A DNA stretch of 64,000 nucleotides, from assembly GCA_038999435.1 (NCBI GenBank), contig JAVZYR010000001.1, forward strand, positions 1 through 64,000. Reading direction: 5' to 3'. A model generated the notes under the pieces. It saw only the letters and a list, made by a program, of their open reading frames with translations, made no database searches and had not been told where the DNA came from. A program made the translations under genes and the position numbers. The stretch is from Candidatus Aenigmatarchaeota archaeon. Its GTDB lineage: Archaea > Aenigmatarchaeota > Aenigmatarchaeia > QMZP01. Below, one piece after another: positions 1-7,919 of this stretch; the first letter of the stretch is position 1; every line of letters begins with the position of its first letter.

Positions 1-1
1 T

Positions 2-1672
2 TGCAACTGGACCATTATACCGCCTGCGTATATAAATTTCACACAGTTTACAGTTGGTGGAAATGCAATGTATATTAAGCAAGGTGAATCTATCGTAAGA
101 TATGAGCTTGTATGGACTGTTAACAACCAAACAAACGCAACAAACATCACATCATCCAATCCTGATTTTAGCTATACTTTTACTGGTAGAGATGGCATGA
201 GATATAAAAATATAAAATGTAGGGTAATTACTGATCAAAGAGAAGGGATATGGTCAAATCCCATTGAATCAGTTCTTGTCGATACCACACCGCCAAATGC
301 AAGCATCACAAAACCAGAGCAAGAAGAGGTTACATTAGTAGCAGGCAAATTCCTCGTGGCATGGTCTGGCACAGACAGCGGTTCTGGTATAGACAAATAT
401 GATGTGCAGAAAAGTGATGATGGAGTGGCATGGGACTATTGGAAAACAGGAACAAATCTCACACAAGATAATTTTACCGCATCAGCAGGACAGACATGGC
501 ATTTTAGGGTCAGGGCAATTGACAAGGCAGGAAATGTTGGGAATTGGTCTACAGAAAAAATCGTTTCTGTTATAGGTGAAGTTCAAGTAAATTGGTCTTT
601 TATACCAAGCACGGGTATAATAAAAACCGGAGAAAATATCACGATAAAAGCAGCTATATATTCTGACACAGACATATTGAATGTGACAGAATCATACGAA
701 GGGAATGTTACGAATATCACAAAAAATATTACACAGATATCAGGCAAGAGATGGAATGTTAGTTGGGTGCTCATAGAACCAGAATCAGGTAAAAATCAGA
801 CATTTAGAATTACCATTAAAGATGTTAATAATCACAGCATAAAAAGGGAAACAAAATTCAGCGTTGTTGTGTGCATGCCAAATGAAAACAAAACATGTTG
901 CAGGGGTGTGAACGGCACAGTTTGTCAGTCCAGCACCTATCAAAATACAATTTGTACATTTGGAACGAGTGTATGTACTTCAAGCTATGAATGGGGAAGT
1001 TGTAGTGGTATAGGCCCATCAATAGAGATATGTGACAGCAAAGACAATGACTGTGATGGCGAAATAGATGAAGGTATAAATTGTCAGTGCACACCAAACA
1101 CGACAAGGTTTATATGTCCATGGGGACATTGTAATACAACAGGCCTGGCTGAGGGAACATACAACTTTGAGTCCTGGTGTCTTGCTCAGGAACAGAGATG
1201 CAATGCAAGTGGGTTATGGGGTACACCAACAGGTGGGCGTGGGCCAAGGCAGGAGACGTGCAATGGCATTGACGATGACTGTGATGGGGAGACGGATGAT
1301 GGCAATCCACAATGCTGCACGCCCGAAGGGGCTGAAAGGATGTATGGACTTCAAAATCAAAGCCTCGATGGTATAGGTATATGCAAGATTGGTATAGATA
1401 AATGCCAAAATGGTCAATGGGTAACAATACAAACACCACAGGCACCGACCAGTGAGATATGTGACAACAGTGCTGATGATGATTGTGATGGAAAAACTGA
1501 TGTACAGGATGAGGACTGTCAAGGCTGGGGATTTGAATTTCCATGGTGGATATTTGTTGGTCTAGGTGTTGGTGTTCTTGTTGCATTGATTGTGCTTTGG
1601 ATATGGTTTAGGAAAAAGGGTACTGATTTGACATGGGAAAATCTCATAAAGAAATGGACACCTACAGAATAG
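2..1672 (+). CDS. Large membrane-anchored surface protein, 5'-truncated; Ig/FN3-like domains, Cys/Asp-rich CD/NGxDxDCDG repeats, C-terminal TM helix
   Basis: Frame is open from position 2, upstream of the tracked ATG at 68. FN3-like segment (DSGSGIDKYDVQ...WHFRVRAIDKAGNVG), repeats EICDSKDNDCDGEIDEG, ETCNGIDDDCDG and EICDNSADDDCDG, hydrophobic tail followed by RKK. Confidence 0.8.
   Translation, partial: CNWTIIPPAYINFTQFTVGGNAMYIKQGESIVRYELVWTVNNQTNATNITSSNPDFSYTFTGRDGMRYKNIKCRVITDQREGIWSNPIESVLVDTTPPNASITKPEQEEVTLVAGKFLVAWSGTDSGSGIDKYDVQKSDDGVAWDYWKTGTNLTQDNFTASAGQTWHFRVRAIDKAGNVGNWSTEKIVSVIGEVQVNWSFIPSTGIIKTGENITIKAAIYSDTDILNVTESYEGNVTNITKNITQISGKRWNVSWVLIEPESGKNQTFRITIKDVNNHSIKRETKFSVVVCMPNENKTCCRGVNGTVCQSSTYQNTICTFGTSVCTSSYEWGSCSGIGPSIEICDSKDNDCDGEIDEGINCQCTPNTTRFICPWGHCNTTGLAEGTYNFESWCLAQEQRCNASGLWGTPTGGRGPRQETCNGIDDDCDGETDDGNPQCCTPEGAERMYGLQNQSLDGIGICKIGIDKCQNGQWVTIQTPQAPTSEICDNSADDDCDGKTDVQDEDCQGWGFEFPWWIFVGLGVGVLVALIVLWIWFRKKGTDLTWENLIKKWTPTE
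1241..1287 (+). repeat. 47-bp inverted repeat, copy 1 (partner 8448-8494)
   Basis: gggccaaggcaggagacgtgcaatggcattgacgatgactgtgatgg matches the reverse complement of 8448-8494 at 46/47 positions. Confidence 0.85.
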
Positions 1673-1737
1673 ATAAACAAACTAATTTTACTTTTTGCAA
1701 AATAATATTTATAAATAAGCCCAAGTAATATTATAAT

Positions 1738-2628
1738 ATGCATTTACAAATTGAGCGTTCTGAACTTGCAGCCCTTGTGGTTGCATGCACAATCGTTGTC
1801 ATGCTCTACTGCATATATTCAGCACTTTCTTCTGGCACCACGCCTGTCAATCCTGGTCATCCACTGTCACAGGTTTGGATTGATGAAAATCTTAACATGT
1901 CTGGAAAGAACATCACAAACGTGGGCACAATAACATCATCACAGTACTGCATAGGAGCAAGTTGCATAAATACATGGTCTGATTTTCTGCCACGCAGTGG
2001 CTCACTACCAATGACAGGCAATCTAAACATGTCTGGAAAGAACATCACAAACGCAGGCACAATAACATCATCACAGTATTGCATAGGAGCAAGTTGCATA
2101 ACTACATGGCCTAGTGGTGTGACAGATGTATGGGTCAACACAACTGGAGATACAATGACAGGTAATCTGAACATGTCTGGAAATAACATCACAAACGTGG
2201 GCACAATAACATCATCAAAGTATTGCATAGGAGCAGGTTGCATAAATACATGGTCTGATTTTCTGCCACGCAATGGCTCACTACCAATGACAGGCAATCT
2301 TAACATGTCCGACAATAACATTGTGGACGTAAATACGATATATCTAAAAAACATAACAGTTTTAAATCCAGATGGAAGCATAGCAGGTGGCGGTATTTAT
2401 TATAACTGTTCATGGATTTCGGCAATAAATAAGAATTGTACTGGTTACTGTGGTATAAATGCTAGCTGTCCATCCGGAAAAACTCCTATAGCAGGTGGAT
2501 GCTGGATCGCAGGTGATGGCTATCTCCATGCATCTTTTATAGTTTCAAATTCTTGGCGCTGTGCTCTTAGAGAAGGAAAAGATGCTACTAACCTTACTGC
2601 CTACGCACATTGTTGCTCTGTTGTGTGA
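1738..2628 (+). CDS. Secreted/anchored fibre-like repeat protein with Cys-rich C-terminal tip domain
   Basis: N-terminal hydrophobic helix, 3.5 tandem repeats (MTGNLNMSGKNITNVGTITSSQYCIGASCINTW), C-terminal CPSGK..IAGGC...WRC...AHCC domain. Confidence 0.75.
   Translation: MHLQIERSELAALVVACTIVVMLYCIYSALSSGTTPVNPGHPLSQVWIDENLNMSGKNITNVGTITSSQYCIGASCINTWSDFLPRSGSLPMTGNLNMSGKNITNAGTITSSQYCIGASCITTWPSGVTDVWVNTTGDTMTGNLNMSGNNITNVGTITSSKYCIGAGCINTWSDFLPRNGSLPMTGNLNMSDNNIVDVNTIYLKNITVLNPDGSIAGGGIYYNCSWISAINKNCTGYCGINASCPSGKTPIAGGCWIAGDGYLHASFIVSNSWRCALREGKDATNLTAYAHCCSVV
1888..2310 (+). repeat. Coding tandem repeat; units start at 1888, 2020, 2164 and 2296 (132/144/132 bp)
   Basis: Near-identical DNA units beginning aatct(t/a/g)aacatgtc; unit lengths are multiples of 3. 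Confidence 0.9.
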
Positions 2629-2687
2629 TTGTTAAACTGTTTAGATTTGTTTTGTATACAAATTTATAATCAATTACAAATTTAAAT

Positions 2688-3317
2688 ATGTGCATGAGAG
2701 ACCCTGATAGCAGGGAAAGGCTCATTGAGCTTTTGATTGCAGAGGGCTGGTTAAAGACACCGGCCATCATATCTGCCTTTCGCTCTGTGAATAGAGAGCT
2801 TTTTGTGCCAAAGGATATGCGGGCCCTTGCATGGTCTGACCAGCCATTACCGATTGGTCATAGCCAGACGATATCAGCACCGCATATGGTTGCAATCATG
2901 ACAGAATTGCTCCAGCCAAAGAAGAGTGATATCGTGCTTGAGATTGGTGCTGGCTCGGGTTATCAGGCAGCAATCCTGTCTAAACTTGTTAAAAGAGTAA
3001 TAACAATAGAGTTAGAGCCATCCCTCGTGACATTGGCAAAAAAGAATCTGTCATCAGCAGGCTGTAAGAATGTAAAAATCATACAAGGTGATGGCAGCAA
3101 GGGCTGGCCAAAAGAGGCGCCGTATGACAAAATCATTGTAACATGTGGCTGTCCTGAAATACCTTCTACACTTGTAGAACAACTAAAAGAGGGTGGCAGG
3201 ATTGTAATACCAGTTGGCAGCACAGATTATCAGGTGCTGACAGTCGGTATAAAAAAGAAAGGCAAGCTCGAGGTCAGCCAGCATGGAGGATGCATTTTTG
3301 TCCCGCTAAGGCATTAG
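2688..3317 (+). CDS. pcm: Protein-L-isoaspartate O-methyltransferase
   Basis: QTISAPHMVA, VLEIGAGSGYQAA, GDGSKGWPKEAPYDKI and FVPL motifs. Confidence 0.95.
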   Translation: MCMRDPDSRERLIELLIAEGWLKTPAIISAFRSVNRELFVPKDMRALAWSDQPLPIGHSQTISAPHMVAIMTELLQPKKSDIVLEIGAGSGYQAAILSKLVKRVITIELEPSLVTLAKKNLSSAGCKNVKIIQGDGSKGWPKEAPYDKIIVTCGCPEIPSTLVEQLKEGGRIVIPVGSTDYQVLTVGIKKKGKLEVSQHGGCIFVPLRH

Positions 3318-3976
3318 TGCACGATTTATACCCAAAATCCATTTTTGCTTGTATTCAAACAAAAAATCATCTGTGAAATATTCGCTGCCATAAATGGCAC
3401 TATCCCTTATCTCATTTATATCAATATGCAAAAAATCCCTCAGTATGGGGATAGAAAGCCCTGCAAAACTCCAATGCCAGGGCTCGTACGCAAACCCTGT
3501 CCTTTTTGGATTGCTATCATAAACCTCAAAAAAGCCATACTTATTTGCATTTTTCTTCAACCAACCATACATATCTGCATAAACCCCTTCAGTAAAATGT
3601 TTTTCACTGAGCGGCTCTTTTACAATAGGTTTTTTTTTGCATCAATTAAATCAGCATCAGTACCCCAATGATGTCTTGATGTGCCAGGTATTGCAGTGTA
3701 TCTGATAATCTGTCTTATCCTTTTTTCTGGCTCGAGAGAAAGTGCCATGTATTTTTTATTCCATATATTCATCTGAGCAGAAAAACTTCTATAAACAGAG
3801 ACAGGGTATATGCCTATCCCATCTTTTTCAGCATCAGACCTCATATCAAGGAATGCTTCTGCGGCAAGTGGTAAAAAGCCCAAATCATTTAGCACAGGTT
3901 TTGATTTTCCAATCATTTCATTTGTTGTGAGCAATAGTTTGCTATTGATACGCCAAGGAAAAAGCATCAACCGCAC
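3306..3976 (-). pseudogene. VanY/M15B D-Ala-D-Ala carboxypeptidase-family gene split by a -1 frameshift (recoded gene, pseudogene or sequence error)
   Basis: 5' ORF 3620-3976 carries YRS..Q and SRHHWGTDAD; 3' ORF 3306-3572 carries WLKKNANKYGF and YEPWHW; one extra A in the A9 run (T9 at 3630-3638) fuses them. Confidence 0.8.
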
Positions 3977-3998
3977 ACTTCTATAAAAGTCCTTCTCT

Positions 3999-4262
3999 TC
4001 ATACCCTCGGACCCTTGAAATACGGCCCTTCTCTGTTTCTTTGTTTTGACAAAATCTCTTCCTGTGTTAGGCCAGGCTCTGCCTCATCAGCCCTTAGCTC
4101 ATTTTTTATATCTATTGGATGCAGTGCAGGCCTCTCTTTTGTTTTCATTTCATCCAAAACCCTGAATGCCTCGAGTATCTCAGCAAGGTCCTTCTCAAAT
4201 TTCATCTTTTCCTCATCAGTCAGTTTTAATCGAGCAAGCCGTGCAATCTTTTCGATGTCCAT
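3999..4262 (-). CDS. gatC: Asp/Glu-tRNA amidotransferase subunit C
   Basis: IEKIARLARLKL...LRADE...YFKGPRV pattern, 87 aa. Confidence 0.9.
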   Translation of the reverse strand: MDIEKIARLARLKLTDEEKMKFEKDLAEILEAFRVLDEMKTKERPALHPIDIKNELRADEAEPGLTQEEILSKQRNREGPYFKGPRV

Positions 4263-4273
4263 AATTCTTATTT

Positions 4274-5398
4274 TCAGCCTTCTTTAAATTGTTGCTTCAG
4301 GAGCTTTATCACATCATCAGCCCTTTTTTCCAGAAGAAGTTCAAAAACCTGCTCCCATATCTCTGGCTCAAGCCCAGCATCCCTTAGGCTACTCTCAAGA
4401 ATCTTGCTTCCAATCTCCTGCACAGATGCCCTCTGCATCTCAAGGGACCTTGCTGCAAAGCCCTCCTTTTGCTGTTTTTTGAAAACAAGCAGTGCACCCT
4501 CTCCATATCTTGCTTGTATCTCCTTCTCTCGGCCAGGCATATCAATCTTTATTAGCGGTTTCATTTTATGCCCTCTGCTCAATATCTCCTTTATTTCTTC
4601 TTCTGATTTTGCAAAGAATATCGGCCTCTGGTTTTCTATTGCATGAAATTTGAGCATGAAGGGGTTTGTCTCTAATATCCAAAATCCTCTTTTGCTTTCA
4701 GCATCTTCATCGAGTTGCGTTGCAACAAGGGAGCCAGGTATGAGCAGCCTCTTTCCATTTATGACTTTGTCCGCTCGACTGTGTATGTGACCGCACACAT
4801 AAAGGTCAAAGCCAGCAGGTATATCTGCTATATCAATGCCTGGTATGCCAGGGAAGAGGCCTGCAAGCGTTTGATGAAATATTAAAATGTTAAAGCAGCC
4901 AGGGATTGGCTGAGGTCCCCATTCCTGCATAACTGACTGTGCCCATCCCTCAGGTACTGTAGAAAGGCCTTGCACAGCCACCTTTTCCTTTCCTCCATCT
5001 ATTAAAATTCCATTTCTGTCAAGATATAGTACAAAGCCTGCCCTTTCAAGAGATTGAATAGGATTTACAAGACCTCTTGAACGCCTCTCATGCGTGCCGT
5101 GTATGAGTATGATTGGAATCCCTGAAAGTGTATATTCAGGCGCTTTTGATACATCCTTGCCAATTCCAAAAATCCTCTTATCCTTTTTTGCAAGCAGTGC
5201 AGGTATGAAAAGCTCCATTGCATGTGTTGTGATGTCATGGTCAGGCGTGCGCAGGTCAAAGAGATCTCCAGCTATTATTATCGCATCACATTCCTTGGAT
5301 TTTTCTATGAATTCCTTTAGTGCTAAAAATGGCTCCTCAAATCTTTCAGTACCTTTGCCAAAACCAAGATGGACATCTGCAGTGATTGCTATCCTCAT
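4274..5398 (-). CDS. mre11: Mre11/SbcD-family DNA repair nuclease
   Basis: Metallophosphoesterase motifs ADVHLG, AGDLFD, HGTHE, FHQ, GHIH, PGS. Confidence 0.8.
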   Translation of the reverse strand: MRIAITADVHLGFGKGTERFEEPFLALKEFIEKSKECDAIIIAGDLFDLRTPDHDITTHAMELFIPALLAKKDKRIFGIGKDVSKAPEYTLSGIPIILIHGTHERRSRGLVNPIQSLERAGFVLYLDRNGILIDGGKEKVAVQGLSTVPEGWAQSVMQEWGPQPIPGCFNILIFHQTLAGLFPGIPGIDIADIPAGFDLYVCGHIHSRADKVINGKRLLIPGSLVATQLDEDAESKRGFWILETNPFMLKFHAIENQRPIFFAKSEEEIKEILSRGHKMKPLIKIDMPGREKEIQARYGEGALLVFKKQQKEGFAARSLEMQRASVQEIGSKILESSLRDAGLEPEIWEQVFELLLEKRADDVIKLLKQQFKEG

Positions 5399-5414
5399 TA
5401 GAATAAAATAGGGC

Positions 5415-5675
5415 TTATATTTTTATTTCAACTTCCTGCCCAAGTGCCGTCCCTGGCAGACCTCGACTGAATCTTGTCCGCAGCACACCTTTTCTGCCAT
5501 GCAGTGCGACAATCTTTCCGCATATCTGCTTCCCTGCAGGACTTGTCCAGATAACATTTTTTCCTATATACTTCGCTGCCTTCCCTGCACTGTCACAGCC
5601 ATCAACTTCGATGAGATACTCATTTGTTTTTTGTGTATGTCTACCTCGCCTGAAGGAAAGTATGACACCTTTCAT
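5415..5675 (-). CDS. rpl35ae: 50S ribosomal protein L35Ae (eL33)
   Basis: KGVILSFRRGRHTQ...GKIVALHGRKGVLRTRFSRGLPG. Confidence 0.92.
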   Translation of the reverse strand: MKGVILSFRRGRHTQKTNEYLIEVDGCDSAGKAAKYIGKNVIWTSPAGKQICGKIVALHGRKGVLRTRFSRGLPGTALGQEVEIKI

Positions 5676-5736
5676 ATTTTCTTTTATTTCTGAATTTTAA
5701 ATCCTAATTTTTATTTTTGGCAATTTAAAATTATAG

Positions 5737-7179
5737 ATGTTACGGCTTTATAATACACTCTCAAAGCGAAAGCAGGCATTCAGGCCATTAAAAGGAAAAA
5801 TAGTCACAATGTATAATTGCGGGCTAACTGTTTATGATTATGGTCATATTGGAAATTTCCGCTCATTCCTTTTTGCTGACCTGTTAAGGAGATGGCTTGA
5901 GTACAAAGGCTATGTTGTTAAACAGGTTATGAACTTTACGGATGTTGGGCATATGACAGTCGATGAGATACCTGCACAGGCAGGCCAAGACAAGGTGGAG
6001 ATGGCTGCAAAAAGGCAGGGAAAAAGCCCTGAGCAGATTGCGCAATTTTATATTGATGCATTTCTGCAAGACTCAAAGGCATTGAATATGCTCGAGCCCA
6101 TGAAGAGGCCAAGGGCAACCGAACATGTAGCAGATATGATTGAAATTATAAAAAGGCTCATAGCGCGCGGCTATGCATATGTCACACCATCTGGTTGTGT
6201 GTATTTTGAGGTTTCAAAATTCAAACAATATGGCAAGCTGTCAGGAAATCCCATAGAAAAGCTCATGGCAGGCGCGAGGATAGTACCAAATCCTGAAAAA
6301 AGGCATCCATACGATTTTGCGCTATGGATAGTTGACCCAAAGCACATCATGCAATGGGATTCTCCATGGGGAAGAGGATATCCTGGCTGGCATATCGAAT
6401 GCTCAGCAATGGCAATGAAATATCTTGGCGAGACGATTGATATCCATACAGGTGGAGAAGATAACATATTCCCACATCATGAGTGCGAGATTGCACAATC
6501 AGAGGGCGCAACAGGCAAGAGATTTGCGAGGTTTTGGCTCCATGTCCGACATCTGCTCGTGAATGGCAAAAAGATGTCAAAATCACTTGGAAACTTTATT
6601 GTTCTGCGCGACCTGATTAAAGATGGCCATGACCCGCGCGCAATCCGCCTGCTTCTGCTTTCAGCACACTATCGTGACAGGCTAAACTTCACAACACAGG
6701 CACTGAGACAAGCAGAGGCAACAATAGGCAGGCTTGATAGGCTTTTCAGCGAGCTTAGGAGGGCAGATGGAATAGGAGATAAAAAGCTTCTCTCTGCTGC
6801 GCGTCGGGCATGGAATAAATTCTGTGAAGCAATGGATGATGACATAAATACGCCAATGGCCCTGTCAGCAATCCTATCTCTCATACCCGAAATAAACAAA
6901 TCTCTGCAAAAAAATTACATTTCAAAAAAAGATGCAAAATTTTTGATGAAGATGTTCACTGATTTTAGCAAGATATTTGGCATAGAGTTTTTAGCAAAGG
7001 AATGGCATGGCATTGAAGATGCAGAGCCATGGCTGAGGGCGATGCTCGAGGAAAGGGAGAAGGCGAGAAAGGAGAGGAGATGGGATGTTGCAGATAGGAT
7101 AAGGGCAGAATTGAAAAGAAGGGGCATTATTGTTGAAGATTCTGAGGAGGGTCCAAGATGGCAGAGGCAATCTTCTTAG
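5737..7179 (+). CDS. cysS: Cysteine--tRNA ligase
   Basis: CGLTVYDYGHIGN, PGWHIECSAM, DIHTGG.D.IFPHHE, KMSKS. Confidence 0.97.
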   Translation: MLRLYNTLSKRKQAFRPLKGKIVTMYNCGLTVYDYGHIGNFRSFLFADLLRRWLEYKGYVVKQVMNFTDVGHMTVDEIPAQAGQDKVEMAAKRQGKSPEQIAQFYIDAFLQDSKALNMLEPMKRPRATEHVADMIEIIKRLIARGYAYVTPSGCVYFEVSKFKQYGKLSGNPIEKLMAGARIVPNPEKRHPYDFALWIVDPKHIMQWDSPWGRGYPGWHIECSAMAMKYLGETIDIHTGGEDNIFPHHECEIAQSEGATGKRFARFWLHVRHLLVNGKKMSKSLGNFIVLRDLIKDGHDPRAIRLLLLSAHYRDRLNFTTQALRQAEATIGRLDRLFSELRRADGIGDKKLLSAARRAWNKFCEAMDDDINTPMALSAILSLIPEINKSLQKNYISKKDAKFLMKMFTDFSKIFGIEFLAKEWHGIEDAEPWLRAMLEEREKARKERRWDVADRIRAELKRRGIIVEDSEEGPRWQRQSS

Positions 7180-7919
7180 GTACTGGTGGAGGAAGGATTG
7201 TTGTGCTGAACCAATTCAGGGCAACAGGTGGCATTGCGCTTTTTATGAATGGCATGTCCCTGCACATAGACCCAGGTCCTGGCGCACTTGTTCGTGCAAG
7301 GCAGTATGGCATAAAACTCGGACAGATGGGCGGTGTGTTGATAAGCCATTGCCATCCTGACCATTACACAGATGGTGAAGTGGTCATTGAGGCTATGACA
7401 CTTGACAAGGCAGGGACAGGTTTTTTGATTGCAAGCAAGGCAGTGATTGAAGGGCATGATAATTACAGGCCTGTGATATCGCTATATCATCTCAGCAAGC
7501 TTGCATGGCATAAGACCCTGTCAGCAGGCGAGCATGTAAAAGAAGGAGGTCTGACTATCACTGCAACGCCAACAAGACATGAAGAGCCAACAGCTATCGG
7601 TTTCTTGATAGAAAAAGATGGCAAAAGGTTTGGCTATACATCTGACACAGAATACTTTTCAGGCCTTGAAAGGCATTTTAAGGCCGCAGACATCTTGGTT
7701 GTAAACTGCCTAAGGCCAAGAGGGCAGGCATGGCCTGAGCATATGAACAGCGAAGGTGCGAAAACATTGATAGAGAGGGCAAAGCCAAAGATGGCTGTGC
7801 TGAGCCATTTTGGCATGAAGATGCTGAGAGGTGTTGCTGAGAGAGAGGCAGAATGGATAGAAAAAGAAACAGGCATCAAAACAATTGCTGCAAGAGATGG
7901 CCAAAAGATTGAATTTTAA
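7158..7919 (+). CDS. MBL-fold metallo-hydrolase
   Basis: FLGTGGG, IDPGPG, SHCHPDH, SDT, HFG motifs. Confidence 0.88.
   Translation: MAEAIFLGTGGGRIVVLNQFRATGGIALFMNGMSLHIDPGPGALVRARQYGIKLGQMGGVLISHCHPDHYTDGEVVIEAMTLDKAGTGFLIASKAVIEGHDNYRPVISLYHLSKLAWHKTLSAGEHVKEGGLTITATPTRHEEPTAIGFLIEKDGKRFGYTSDTEYFSGLERHFKAADILVVNCLRPRGQAWPEHMNSEGAKTLIERAKPKMAVLSHFGMKMLRGVAEREAEWIEKETGIKTIAARDGQKIEF

Noticed and set aside
1888..2310. Tandem repeats as a possible CRISPR array
   Set aside because: Units are 132-144 bp, in frame within an ORF, with no unique spacers and no cas genes
2380..2628. C-terminal tip as a diversity-generating retroelement target
   Set aside because: No reverse transcriptase and no second copy differing only at adenines in this window
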